Shown in pieces: positions 12,857 to 26,396 of a stretch of 64,000 nucleotides of DNA (the stretch's first letter is position 1; every line of letters starts with the position of its first letter). The notes under the pieces are model-generated. The model saw nothing but the letters and a program-made list of their open reading frames with translations, did no database searches and was not told the DNA's origin. The position numbers and the translations under genes were made by a program. The stretch comes from Eledone cirrhosa (taxonomy: Eukaryota), in NCBI GenBank assembly GCA_964016885.1, contig OZ024742.1, positions 295,182,001 through 295,246,000 on the forward strand, written 5' to 3'.

Positions 12857-14694
12857 ATTAAACCTTTTGATACCAGACTGCCTGAAACCACCTCTGGTTC
12901 TATGATATAAAACTGTTTGTTTTCAAGTGTTTATATTTATTTATTATCTTCATAGATTTTATGTAAAATCATAATTTTAAATAAGAACATTTGTTAAGTT
13001 ATCTTCCAAACACTTGCTTAATGATAATAAAGTTAGTTAATTCTGGATTATTTTCAAAATTATTTGAACATCATGAACGGTGTCTTTCATTAGAAATATG
13101 GTAATGAAAGGGTTAAATGGTGAGATGATGTGCTAGAGAAAGCGCATCCAACTAATGTTCCTACTAAACTGTGTATGTGTACACACATTTTGTAACCAGT
13201 GCACAGAAATAATATAATAATTAATAGTTATACTTATATATATACAGTGTACATATACTTTAGTCATAAGAAATTAAAACTACACAACATCGGATTATTG
13301 TACACAGCAACCAGAATTTAGAGGAAACATTGATGTAAAATTATAACTCATAAGGATGAGTGATGTAATACAAATGTATAATTTGTATAATTAAATGTGC
13401 CTTTGTAATTAAAACATATATGCTCTATTTTTTTGTTGTTGTTATTTTATATCTATTTTACATGTCATAAATGGGATGGTTTATTTTTGTGAGTTCATGT
13501 AGGTATTTAGACCCCAAATTGTCCGATTAATCTGACTTTTGAGCAAAAATGTTCCAACCATGACCATCCCATCTCTTTTTTAATTATTATGTATCTATGT
13601 ATTATCCCAGTTCTTTGCATTCCAAGTTCAAATCCCACCGGCGTCACCTTTGCCTTACATCCTTCCAGAATCAATAAATAAACTGAAAATCAAAAGAAGT
13701 GGACTGGTAATGTCCTTAGAGCATCAGACAAGTTCAAATCTCCTCATGGGTTATTTGGATGGTGTGCTTATTTGGTCAACCAGTTTAACACCACTACCTT
13801 TCTCTTGTAAGCATTCAGGCCAGATCATTGGTTTGAAGATACCTTTCTCTTTCCCACTTACTAATCTAGGAATCCTTGAAAAGGGTCATGGGCATTAGCT
13901 TCCTTCCATGAATAAATAATGGAAAAGAAATAAAAAAAAAATACATTTTCTATTCCGGCATAGAAAGGATGGTTAATTTTTTTTTAGCTAATGTTGGTAT
14001 TTATACTCAAAGTTGGCCCTGATTAAATAGACTTATAAGCAAATGCATTCCAGGCATAACCATCCTATCTATAAGCACATGTATCTAATACTATATTATC
14101 CAATATACTTTTGGATATCATCTTTTTATTTTAGATATAAAGGGGGATTTTTTTTACTGCTGTTTCTAGCAGGTTCAGTGACCACATAGTCTCCTTTCTT
14201 TTGTTAATTTGTTGAAATAATTTATACACAATGGGTGTCCTTCCTATGCTAACCATAGAATCTATTATTATTTCAGCCAGACATTGTATGAGCCCTAGGT
14301 AAATGAGTTGCAGCACAGCACAGCATCATCATTTAACATCCATTTTCCATGCTAACATGGGTAGGACGGACTGTCCTTTTAGGAGAGATCAGGTCAGAGG
14401 ACTGTGTTTCGTTCACAGAGGGCTGATTTTGGCTGGGTTTCTACAGCTGGATGCCCTTCCTAACGCCAATGTTTAGATTTATAGAAGAAACAATCTAATG
14501 TATTTTCTGTAGAAAATTTCACTCAACAGTCACAAACATTAGTCACAAATTCAAAAGAACAACAAATTGGAGTGATACAAAATTAAAAGTTAAAATCTGT
14601 TCCAACCCTAGAAGCTCATTAGTCCAGAGCTTATTCTGGTTTCATTGGTATTAAGTGACTGAGAGAACTGGGCATGATTCCAGTCTACGCAGTC

Positions 14695-14910
14695 AGTCAA
14701 TATGAACAACTAATGATGAACAGACACGGGTATTAGGACCAAATACAATCATTCAATGTAAACAACTAACAATGAACAGATCCCAGTATTAAGACCAAAT
14801 ACAGTCAGTGAATGTAAACAACTAATGATGAATAGATTTCAGTATTAGAACCAAATACAATCAGTCAATATGAACAACTAATGATGAACAGATACCACTA
14901 TTAGGACCAA
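14695..14910. repeat. Minisatellite, four ~56-bp units
   Basis: Unit AGTCAATATGAACAACTAATGATGAACAGA..TATTAGGACCAAATACAATC starting 14695, 14751, 14807, 14863. Confidence 0.9.
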
Positions 14911-15234
14911 TTTGATGATTGTTTTTTTTTTCTTTCCCTTTTCTTTTCTAACTAAGCATGTTTTCCTGCTAAATTATTGCTACAAAGTGTTTTACATCAA
15001 TTTAATTAGGATTTTGAAATGTGGCCAAGAAAAGGCTTTTGGGCATTAAAAGAAGTGTGAATCTGTGACAATTGCTGTTTTTGCGAAATCCATATATATT
15101 AGAAAATGTTGCTTAACCCTTTAATGAACATATTTCACATGAAAAACACTGTCTATGAATTTCAAATAATTTTGAAAATAATCAAGAATTTGGAGGGGTT
15201 TACAATCATTAAGCTGGTGTTTGGAACATAACTA

Positions 15235-15986
15235 AATAATAATGATAATAATGAAATATTGTGTAGTGCTCAGGTGCACTACAACTCATCAAAAAGTGTA
15301 TGTATAGTACATAGGGTAATGTACAAACATCAAGAAAATGAATAGTGCATGAGTCATGATACACACATGTGTGCATGTGTATGGAAGGGGAACATCAGGT
15401 GTAGTTTTGCCGTATTTCGGGAAGTATGAGTGTCTTAAAGGATGCAGTGTCTTGGCAGCTAACAACTGACACAGGCAGTTTGTTCCATGCTTCAGCAACT
15501 CTGAGCGTGAAAAAATGTTTCCGAAAGTCATGGGAGCTGTGCTGTTTTCTGATTTTGTAGGCATGTCCACATGTGTTAGACACATGGAGATCAAAAAGGT
15601 GCTCAGGGTTGCAATTGGCGAGATGGTTAATAACTTTGTGGGTATTTACCAAGTCCATTGCCAGACGTCGGAGCTTCAATGAATCCATGCCCAGGGAAGC
15701 AAGGCGTTCAGAGTATGGTAGGTGTCTGATGGAGGGTATGCGCTTGGTTGCACGTCTCTGAACAGTTTCCAGGAGGTCAATGTTCTGAGCAAGATAGGGG
15801 TTCCAGACTGATGATGCGAATTCCAAGTGTGGTCGTACCATAGCTGTATACAGTTTTAAATAGATGGCTGGAGAGCGGCTAACAAAGGTCTTGCTGAGTG
15901 ATGCCAAGACACCCTCGGCCTTCTTGACAATCTTAGAGACATGCTTTGTCCAACGCAAATCGCTGCTGACAGTAATGCCCAGGTCA
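15235..15986 (-). mobile_element. CR1-like LINE 3' fragment inserted in MITE B
   Basis: ORF 15395-16021 is close to the C-terminal half of 10273-11457 (DLGITVSSDLRWT...LPEIRQ). Confidence 0.95.
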
Positions 15987-17085
15987 GAAAGGTTCTTACA
16001 TAGAATTATGATGTGCTGCAATTTTTTGTGGTTCAGTATGTAAAATGTTAATCTAGCATCTCTATATTAAGCTAATAAGAGAGTTTCTATAGCGTCACAC
16101 AATCTGCTGAAAATAGCAGCCAAATCTTCCTCAAATCATAATTTAGCATCTTAAAGCAAGGACACATTGGATAATGTAGCCCAAGATACACTATATCTGA
16201 AAATAAGATGGGATGGTCACAACTGCTAGAATACTTTCAATCATAAAGTTTCCTTGATCGAAGCTTACCCGGAGTTAAATAATATATTTTCTTGTGTTTT
16301 CATCATCCCAGGAACCCTTTGGATATCAAATCACCTGAAATAGCCCCTGAGTCTACAATACTAAACCATTATTTAAAAAAATTTATATTTATCTAAAAAC
16401 GTTAATTATGTTCCAATCACCAGCTTAATAATGACAAAGTTTGTTATTTTACTAAAAATTGCTCTAAATTGTGTATTTTTAAAGTTATTTGAAAATCATA
16501 GGCAATGTATTTCATTAGAAACAGATTAATGAAAGTGTTAAAAGATTCAGAATTAGTGATGGTAATTGTATATTCATATATTTAATAAACATTCTCTAGG
16601 ATTAAAACAATGAATATTAACAATAGCTCTTTCTTTTATATATCTGTCATTATTTTAAATTTTATAGTTTTCCTCCAGTAATTTTTGTTATCTCATCTTA
16701 AAAATATACTTGGTCCAAATTTATTGTCATTAAAATTATTTACAACAGAGATGAAGTGGGGCAGAGAGGACTCCTTGGCTATGCATGGGGTCAGGCAACT
16801 TGCCATTAAACCAATGGACAAACCCCTTCCCTTTAACAACAATTGTGATTTCTTTTTCAAAAGGTTTTGTTAACACTTAACATTCTGTACCACATGAAAC
16901 CGCATTAATTAGACACAGATGAAAAGTATAAACAGCATTGTGATTATATCATATTAAAAAATTGATGTCTTTAATTTAATACTGCAAATTTTCACAATCT
17001 GTCAACTAGTAAAGATACTATAAACATTCGAATTAACAAACCCGTTTTTAGACAATTTCTGTTAAATCACCTGTAGATTCTAGAT

Positions 17086-17377
17086 CGGGCATGGGCAACC
17101 TTTTTCGAGAAGTGGGCCACATGAGATATGGCTCATCATCAGGTGGGCCGCAAGCACTAATTTACGTTCGTGCCCACATTAAAAAAAAAGGGCAGTAACT
17201 CGGGTTGTTTTGATTTGTTTCTTCAGAATTCATACACGTTGTTTTCCTCAATTGTAAAAATGATAGAAAGATAAATTACGACTGAAAAGTTGGGGTAAAA
17301 AAATCAGAATGATTTCAATTAGGTGACTTAGGTGAGCCATTCAGAAAGCTTTGCGGGCCGCAGCTTGCCCATGACTG
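17086..17377. mobile_element. hAT (Charlie-type) MITE
   Basis: TIR CGGGCATGGGCAA / TTGCCCATGACTG; 8-bp TSD TTCTAGAT (17078-85) / CTCTAGAT (17378-85), matching the NTCTAGAN preference. Confidence 0.85.
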
Positions 17378-17395
17378 CTCTAGATGTTAAGGGTT

Positions 17396-18735
17396 CTCTT
17401 CTTCTTTGCCCACTTATTTCTGAGAGGGTCGTGGGGTAAAGTCTTCAAACACTCCTTCCAGTAGGTCCTGTCAGAGGTAACTGTCTCCAATTGATCCAAC
17501 TGGAATACCAAGTGAGACCAGCTAAGCTCATGGATGTTATCCAACCATCTTGCTTGGGGTCTACCCCTGGGTCTCTTGCCAGTTGGTTTTTGCCCATAAA
17601 ATCTGTCCAGCAATTCTTCCCTGAGACATTCTAACCACATGCCTGTAATATCGCAGCTGTGATCTCTCAATTTGGAGAAGTAGCATCTCTACCTGGAGTG
17701 ACTCTCTGATCTCTGAGCTACGCACTCTATTGAGTAATGTTACTCCAAAGACCCTTCAGAGGAACCCCATTTCAGCCGCTTGTATTTGCAATCGTATTCT
17801 TTTGGTCATTACCCAAGATTCATAACCATAGGTAAGGGTTGGAATGAATACTGAATTGAAGATAGCAAGTTTGGCTTTTATACCTACCTCCCTTCTTCTG
17901 ATTACCAAATGCTGAAGTTGGTGCCATACTGCACCAGCTCCTGCAATTCTTGCACTTAATTCAGCCTCCTGCCTTCCATAACTCAGGTACATGGCACTGA
18001 GATACTTGAACTTCTCCACCTGCTTCAATGGAACTCCATTCACATATAGCATGCACTGCACAGGCTTCCTTGAGAGGAAGAGTGTCTCAGTTTTCACAGC
18101 ACTAATTTTCATTTCAGCCATGCAGCACTTGGCATCAAACCTATCAAGTGCAAGTCGGAGATCATCTTCTGTTGAGTTAAGTAGTACTATGTCATCTGCA
18201 AATTCCAGCTGACTGATTTTACACCTGCCAGTCGTGATACCACTTCCAACCCGGTTTCGATTTAGCACCATTTATCTGAACACAAATACTCGGGAATTCA
18301 TATAGAGATATCAAGGCAACAAAAAGGTGACCATTGATCTCATACTCCTCCACAACCTTCTATAGCAGGTTCCTGAGGAACGTGGTCATATGCATTTTTG
18401 AGGTCTATAAAACAAGAATACACCTCTTGGCAATTAACCCACGATTTCTCAAAGACCTTCTGCAGTGTGAAAATTTGGTCAGCTATGCTGCATCTGGGGC
18501 AAAAACTGCACTTTTCATCAGCTAGCTTGGACTCGACAATCTCCCTACATCTCTTTGCCAAACACTTAACATAGACTTTACCTGGGAGGCTTAACAAGGA
18601 GATCTCTCTATAATTCGAAAATCTCTCGTCTCTCTTTTTGAAAATTGGGATTATCACTCCCAATTGCCATTGCTTAGGTGCCTTTCCAGAGATCCCACCC
18701 ACCCGGCACACACTATTTAAGGATTTTAACATCTT
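17396..18735 (-). mobile_element. RTE-clade LINE, 3' (non-inverted) segment
   Basis: IIPIFKK, NYREISLLSLPGKVY, FIDLKNAYD, FADDIV, FKYL, PTLTYGYESW, GKRPRGRP; (GAA)-type tail at 17396. Confidence 0.9.
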
Positions 18736-18759
18736 GTGCTGGCAGGAGGACCCCATGAT

Positions 18760-19216
18760 TCAATCAAGCGGTCAAATAGGCCACCCCAAAAATGAAGGAG
18801 GCCTACAAAGTTTGGCACGGAAGTAAGTCCTCTCAATTGCCCTTGCAGTAGAAGCAGGCACGAAGAATTGCAGCAAAGACAGTAAAGGCATCGAAAGCTA
18901 AAACATGGAAGGACTTTGGGGTTAAACTGAAATCTGACTTCAGATCAAGGAATAAAGTGTTCTGGCAACTTGATAATAAGAAGTCTTCAGGAATGTGTTT
19001 TGAGTTCTCCTCTCTTCAGAGAGGTGCATACTTGCAAGGTGGAGAGAATACTTTGCTGATCACCTAAACCTGATTACAACATCTTCTGATGTACACAATG
19101 TTAATCTGGGAGTGGCAACTAATCTCTCACAGGCTGAGGTCACAAGGGCAATTAAAGAGCTCAGATGTGGCAAGGCCACAGGGGAATGTGAAATCTAGCC
19201 TGAGATGTTAAGAGTT
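18760..19216 (+). mobile_element. Inverted 5' segment of the same RTE LINE
   Basis: + strand translates KAKTWKDFGVKLKSDFRSRNKVFWQ, WREYFADHLN and EVTRAIKELRCGKATG..PEML, the region immediately upstream of MLKSLN at 18735 (-). Confidence 0.8.
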
Positions 19217-19853
19217 AAACTGAAAATTCAGAAAAACAACACATTTTCATCACATGCATTGTAGGGCTTTCAAGTCTTATCAAATTTTTTTGTTTAAATG
19301 ATAAGAATTTATATTTATATAAAAAATAGACTGATTGGTTACATGTTCCTCATGAGAGCCAACTCTAGTTCCCTGTATTCATAATGGCAAATGTTTTAAG
19401 GCAGTGTCTGAGCAGCTTGAGCAAAACAAATGCCATAAACTAATTTTGTTTGGAAACACCAGTTTAATGGTTTTCTCCTAAAACTTATATCTTTCAGTGG
19501 TATATATGTCACAAAAGAAACACACACACCATCTACCAAATTCCACTCACAAGGCATTAGTCAACTGAAGCTATGGTGGAACACACTCGACCCAAGGCGT
19601 GTTTCTTAATCCCCTTCTCCCAGCCATGCCTGTATGAATTGTCACTACATGTATTGTACTAAATATTGCAATATTATATATACCAGAGTATGGAGAAATT
19701 GAAATCAGATTTACACCACCATCACCACTGTTTTACACCTATTTTTCATGGTGGCAGAATCATAATGCAGTGGTCTACATACTTGATTGTTAAAACAAAA
19801 GAAATTATAATGAAGTAAAGAATATATTTTTTAATTTATAAATAATGTTTTAC

Positions 19854-19900
19854 CTCCAATAATAACTTCACCAGGTAAATTGATAGAATGGTGCACGATT
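19854..19900 (-). CDS. Candidate 47-nt internal exon of an unidentified minus-strand gene
   Basis: Strong acceptor TCATTTTCTTTCTCTTTCAG and donor AG|GTAAAA in non-repetitive sequence; one frame gives IVHHSINLPGEVIIG. Confidence 0.45.
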
Positions 19901-21299
19901 CTGAAAGAGAAAGAAAATGAAATAATAAAACACTTAGTTGACTAAAATTAACATTATGTCATGAATTGGCAAAGTTATTAAAGTGTTGGATAGAATTCTT
20001 TGCAGTGTCTGTTCTAGTTCTCTTCATACTGAGTTAAAATTTGGATTTCATCCTTTCGATGTTCACAAATAAAGTACCAGTTAAATTGTGGAGTTGAATC
20101 TTCTTTTTTCTTTATTTGATTTTTACTTTCTCTCGGGAAGAAATCGGCTGTCACCAAACCAGAAGAGTTTGTTAAGTTCCAAACACCACCTTAATAATGA
20201 GAAAGTTAGTTATATTACTAACTTCATCTAAAGTTTTGATTATTTTCAAAATTATTTGAAAACCATAGGCAGTGTTGTCTTTCACTAGAACTATGGTAAT
20301 AAAAAGGTTAACATTCTCAAGGCATACCATATGTCACGACAGTGCCCCATGAGTCCATCAAGAGTTGAGGGCACAAGAAAGGAAGGAAAAATGAACATAT
20401 AGCCTTCAAATAAAAAGAACAGTATACCAGATTAACTGTCACACAAAGAAACAAGGAGAGGATTCAATATAGAAGTAGGAAACATTAACTTGAAGCAGAA
20501 TCCTCCTTTAACCCTTTTGATAGCAAACTGACCAAAAGTTGCTCTGGTTCTATGAAACAATCCCTTCAAATTCTTCATCAATTAATTCAAATACAATGTA
20601 TTTCATTAGAAATATGGTAACAAAAGTGTTAATAATAGACCAACTGGTCACAAAAATCACAAAGATCCACTAACTCCAGATCTAGCAACCAATCTTCCAT
20701 ATGGTATAAACATAAGATGGATATTGTCCTGGATAGATCTGCACAGAGGGACACAAGTTTATGGAAATTTATGTTGGGTAGTAAGTTGTATGAAATTTCT
20801 TAATATATTTTAAATATATAAATGGAATTGAATTTAATCATATGAATGTTTTATATATATATATATATATATCATCATCATCGCCATTTAACATCCATTT
20901 TTTCATGCTGGCTTGGGTTAGATGATGACCACTAGGTGAAGAAGGCCAAGTAATTCCAGTAGAAGGAAGGTACAGTAGAGGAAGACCACGGAAAACATGG
21001 GCGGAGGTGGTGAGAGCTGACCTTAGATCGTTGAAGTTCACAGAGGCGATGATGAAGGACTATGACAAATGGAGAGATGCTGTACTGAAGAGGACCGATC
21101 CCACCCTTGCAAGCAGGGAAAAGCGGATGTAAAATGATGATGATATATATATATGGATCAACGATCCAGAGATGGCACCTCAGGAAAACATTGATGAGCA
21201 GACAGTTACTGTCCAGTTAGGTACAGGTTGATAGCGAGTGTATGGCATTAAGCCAGAACTTTCCACCACAATCCTTCTCTTCTCTACTTTTTCCTAGCT

Positions 21300-21860
21300 C
21301 CACCATACTTTTGTCCATTGTGGTCTCCTCACAGGAAACAAAATATTATGAAAATTGAAGCACCTAAAATTCAATTACAAAAAAAGATAGATGGCATGGC
21401 AGGCCTTGACTATTGGTGTCAACTAGAAAAGCTCAAACCCTACTCTCTCCAACGCTGCTGTAAGTGCTACATCTTCTGTATAATGTGGAAAATATTCCAT
21501 CAATATTGCCCAAATGATGTTGGTATCACCTTTAAAATCTACCTAAGGCTTGGGCCTCATACTATCTGCCCACTACAAAAATCAAACTTGCATCTCATAA
21601 CAACATTATGGCACAACTATTTCACCTCAACTTGTCCTACTCTCTTTAAGACCATACCAAAATATATAAAACAGAAATAGATCTCATAAAATTCAAAATG
21701 TCCTTGGACAAATTCCTCCTAGAAATTCCGAATAAACCTCCTACACCTGGATATGTCTCCAAAAGCAATAACTCTGTACTTCATTGAGCCATGGTGTCCA
21801 AAACATGACTGAGGTGTGAATCATGATCTGAAAGAGATCACCAGGTGGTATTATTAAGTT
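21300..21860 (+). mobile_element. Decayed CR1/L2-group LINE 3' fragment (second family)
   Basis: WSPH...IDGM..LDYW.QL.KLK.YSLQR....YI..MWKI pattern typical of the CR1-type ORF2 C-terminus. Confidence 0.7.
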
Positions 21861-23650
21861 AAACATGGTTTTTGACTACTAAACGGTAATGCTAATTTTA
21901 GTTCAATGTTCTGGAACACTATAACTCGATTTCTGAAAATGATAGTCATAAAGAGGACTTTTTTGCTTTGTTTTGATATAAAAAGTCGATGGGGAGGTAG
22001 GTCAGATAATCGTTATAAAATATAAAAATGAAAATGTTATTGTTAATTTTTTCAAGATTCTTAAAGGAAGAAAGATTCTTAAAGGAAGAAAAATTTCTCA
22101 CAAATTCAATATGGCCATTGCCAATTCTGGCCATGAAGATGGTACAACAGTGCAAAGTTAATGAAAAGGGGAATACCATGGATGTTTGTAACACATATTG
22201 AAGCAACTTGTTGAAATGGCATATTCCCGTGTGGTGAGGTTTCAAATATAGAGTTTGAGCCAGAATTTTAAGAAATGGATGAATTAATTGTTAAGTAAAC
22301 ATATATATTTCTACAAAAAATGAACTAAATTGAGCTCCATAAGTCTTCTAGAGCCTCAAATTAATATGGAATTGTTGTACACTATGTTAACATGTGGGGA
22401 GTGAGTGAGATCAGAATTTTCATTTTTCTTTGAGAAATATCAGTTAAAATTTCACCAACAAACATTATATTGTGCAATAAATATTATTTTGTAGTTTGAT
22501 GGTTTTTTTTTTGGGGGGGGGGGGTTCTTATTTTGAATACAGTTGGATAATTTGTGGTAATGTTTACATTTTCACAAGTAATGCTGATTGGTTTGTTTTT
22601 CCTTTCTCACCTACTAATGAGTTTGTTTACAGGAATTAGTTTTCACATTTTGTTTGTATTTTAAACTAGGTCTGCATGCTATTCTGAGAAAGTTTCATTA
22701 ATAATTAAATAAAATTAAATAATTCTATTGACAAATATCACTAATACTTTGTAACAGGATTGTTAGTAACACTTAGGTTAACTTTTAAGCCTCGTCAATG
22801 CCTGTATTGAATTTGCTACCTGGCAAGAAATGTAAGTGCCAGATTCTGATTAAAAGAACATGAGAAGAAAATTCATATCCAGCATCCTCAAATAATATAC
22901 AACTGTCCACATAAAAAATGCACTTTGACATGAAAATGATCAAGCAAATTGTGTGTGTCGCCCCTTCCATGGAGCTCTACAAGGATACCTATTAAATGTA
23001 TTGTAAAGCTCCAAACTTACAGAGAGGATTCAGTTTTATACCCTGTACCAGTCTGTCTGTGTGTATTGTTCTAGATGTAATTTTTATTCTGTATCTAGGA
23101 CTACACGTATTTCTCATTTTTATGATAGTGATTAAGAGATTCTGGCTATTATTTCAAGCAGGTTGAGTAACTACACTGAGACTTCTTTGTTCAAAACTCA
23201 GTGGTTATAATGCTAAACTGATGTATTAGACCAACTTAAATATTTTTTAAAACTGTGATTTCATCTATTTACTTAATTGGTTACATTGTATTGAATAACA
23301 CCAAAGAATAGAGAGAATTGCAGGATACAAAGCATCCTCACTCATGCTGGTGTCATGATAAAATGCACTCAGTACACTCTGTAAAGGGGTTAACAAATGA
23401 GCAGATATAATGTAGAGTAGAGCGGACTCTTTAGAATTGCTAAAGAGATAACATATCTGGATAAGAACTAGCTTGAAAGTAATGACCTATCCAACTTATA
23501 CCAGCAAGGAAAGTGGATGTAAAATGATGATGATGGTAGTGAATCAAAAGTAGATTAAGAGGTCAATATATGGTATTTTATAGATTTTCTTAACTCTTTT
23601 TATACCAAATTATCCGGGTTTACAATACTAAACTGTTTGTTTTTAAGTGT

Positions 23651-23866
23651 TTAACCCTTTAGCATTTACATTACTCTTTATTTACTATTAAATTTTAACA
23701 ATAAAGGTTTTATCTCACATAGTATCAAATCTATGAGATTTTGATATTATTTATTTTGAGAACAATACCTTAACATCAGTATGAGTGGCCACATACAACC
23801 AGTTTGGATAGAAAGAGGTGAGAGAATTCTGGCCAGATATGGTCAGCTTAAATGCTAAAGGGCTAT
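23651..23866. mobile_element. MITE family A nested in MITE family B
   Basis: TTAACCCTTTAGCATTT...AAATGCTAAAGGG; the flanks rejoin into the family B sequence. Confidence 0.85.
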
Positions 23867-24144
23867 ATTTATCTAAAAACCTTAAATCATAATTTTATGT
23901 AAGAACCTTTGTTAAATTATGTTCCTAACACCAACTTAATAATGAAAATGATAGTTATATTACTAAATCCCTCCAAATTCTTGATTATTTTCAAAACTGC
24001 TTGAAAATCATAGGCAGTGTCTTTCATTAGAAATATGGCAATGAAAGAGTTACCTTTTAGCCCATCTACCTTATTATAGAATCCTTGATCTTTCATTAAC
24101 CCCAAGTATGTACAAAAAGGATTAAGTAAACAGAATATGAAATA

Positions 24145-24220
24145 CAGGGTGTTCCCAAAAAGTATACATACTTTTATTAGAATACTGTTGAAGTGTGTAT
24201 ACATTTTTGGGGACACTCTG
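24145..24220. mobile_element. 76-bp Tc1/mariner-type palindromic MITE
   Basis: TA-CAGGGTGTTCCCAAAAA...TTTTTGGGGACACTCTG-TA; ~30-bp imperfect TIRs, TA TSD. Confidence 0.85.
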
Positions 24221-24487
24221 TATATAGACAATATAAACTAATTCTATATTAATCAGAAACTTGTATAAGTAAGTTGTATTTTATTGTATTATTTTATGTA
24301 GTTTCATTTCTTATACAAATGTCAGGTTTCGGCCCCAAAATTCAAGTAACACCCCTGGGTAGTCTCCTCAAAGACTGGGGAGGAATGGGGGTCAATGACC
24401 ACTTTGGAGACCCCTGAGTTAAGCAAAATGAATAACTAAAATAGAAACTGAGAAGATATAATAGAATAAATAAAAATAAAACCTCAC

Positions 24488-24506
24488 CATTGACATGTAG
24501 AAAGAG
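24488..24506 (-). other. Candidate 19-nt microexon
   Basis: Minus strand TTCTTCATTATTTCTCAACACTCAG|CTCTTTCTACATGTCAATG|GTGAGG; frame unresolved. Confidence 0.25.
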
Positions 24507-24530
24507 CTGAGTGTTGAGAAATAATGAAGA

Positions 24531-25045
24531 ATGTTTACATATACTACAGTATATGTAAACATGTATGTTATATATTATATTGTAGACAAGTTAGTTAAAT
24601 ATTTACTATAGTATATATAATCATATATTTTATGTTAATATATAAAGTGCAGTACATATAAACTTGTATGCTGTATACTAGAGGCAAATTAGTTACACAT
24701 AAAATGTAGTATATGTAAACATGTATACTATATATTATGTTATATGGAAGTTAGTTATACACATACTGCGGTATATAAAAGCATATATGTTATATATTAC
24801 AGATAGGTTAGTTATATACATGTACTACAGTATATTTAAACATATATGTTATAAGCAAGTTAGTTACATATATACTGTAGTATATTAAAGCATGCATGTT
24901 ATGTGTTATAAACCAGTTAGTTATACATATACTACAGTTGATGTAAGCCTACATGTCCAACCTTTGCTAGCAGGGAATAAATAATGATGATGATAACAAC
25001 GGTGATGATGATATAGGCAAGTTAGTTATACACATATACTGCAGT
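24531..25045. repeat. Degenerate minisatellite, about eight 50-62-bp units
   Basis: Recurrent ATACTACAGTATAT..AAACATGTATGTTA..AAGTTAGTTATA. Confidence 0.8.
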
Positions 25046-25804
25046 AGCACAACACAGCATGACTGCTTGAATAGAGGAAGGAGGAAGGATGAAAGCTGGC
25101 TTGAGGTGAATGTTGTAGCAGTAAAAATATAAACTATGTTAAGAAATGGGAAGAAGAAGGTTAAATGAGATCTTGAGAAGAAATAATAAAAAGACTGGAA
25201 AGATAAATAAATGGCAAAAGAGAAAAGGAAACATTGAAAAACAGGGAGAAGAAGAAAGAAAGTGATACTCCCAACTCCCTCCTTTTTTAAAGAAATGTAT
25301 AGAGGATGACAATGATTAGTGCTAGAGGAAATATTAGATAGAAGTGGAGAAAGCTGAACTCAAGAAACTGAACCTGACAAAGGAGAAGACAAAGGAATGC
25401 AACAAGTAGAGGGAGCTGTATTGGAGAGACTTGTCCAATCCATATAAGCATGGAAAAACAGACATAAATGATGATGATGATAGTTAGAAAAAGAAGGCAG
25501 TGTACATGACACTTTTCAGAGCCCCTGAGACTGGTGGGAAGGGGGGGGGGGTATCTTCAAACCAGAGATCTAGCCTAAATACTTACAACAGAGGGGATCC
25601 TTTTAAAAGCACTCAAAGATCAAGTAGGGGTGTTAAACCAAGTGATGGATTAAGTCTACAAGACAAGTGGATCACAAGATGGATTTAAATTTAGAGTGCT
25701 AAGAGCTGGAACAAATACTGCATGGCAAATTGCCTTGATATTCTTCCAGCCGCCTGCCTTGAACAGATACAGTCACATTTCCATTTTATACGCAACATTT
25801 AGAA

Positions 25805-25947
25805 CAGTCATGGGAAAACTGTGGCCTGTTAAGCTTTCTGAATGGCATGCCTAATTTTAAAATTGTCTTGAATTTGTTAGTAGTGCAGCCCACCTTATAA
25901 GCCACATCCTATGCTGCCCACTGCTCAAAAAAGGTTGCCCATACGTG
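25805..25947. mobile_element. hAT (Charlie-type) MITE
   Basis: TIR CAGTCATGGGAAAA / GGTTGCCCATACGTG; perfect 8-bp TSD ATTTAGAA (25797-804, 25948-955). Confidence 0.85.
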
Positions 25948-26396
25948 ATTTAGAATGTACTGTATATTTTGGACTGAGATTTTGTCCAGTAGATAGGTGG
26001 TATAATAGTTTTTCATGTTCTAGTTTCATAAAAAATGATGTAACTCATATGAGTATCTGCAGTATATTTCATTTTCAAATGTTCAGAAATTAACTATTTT
26101 AACAAATGGTAAAATTCATAAAAGTAAGATAAGTTTGTGTGCCATAAATAAAGATAAGTTCCTATGTTCCAGTACTGTTCTTAGGTCAACCAACACTGTT
26201 CACCTTTTGACTAAATTGTTTTAAAATTACCTCATTTTAGTAATCAGCTCCCCCAAAATTGTATTTCTAGCTCTTTTGTTCCTATATTTCTAATAAAAGA
26301 CACTACTTATGATTTTTGAATAATTTTAAAAACAATGAAGAATTCAGGAGAATTTAGTAATACACATAACTAACTTTTTTGTTATTAAGTTGGTGT

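Noticed and set aside
14695-14910. Tandem C/D snoRNAs (ATGATGA box C look-alikes)
   Set aside because: No CTGA D boxes or terminal stems in the units.
22054-22089. Perfect 18-bp tandem duplication AAGATTCTTAAAGGAAGA
   Set aside because: Real, but most simply a local slippage event with no further structure.
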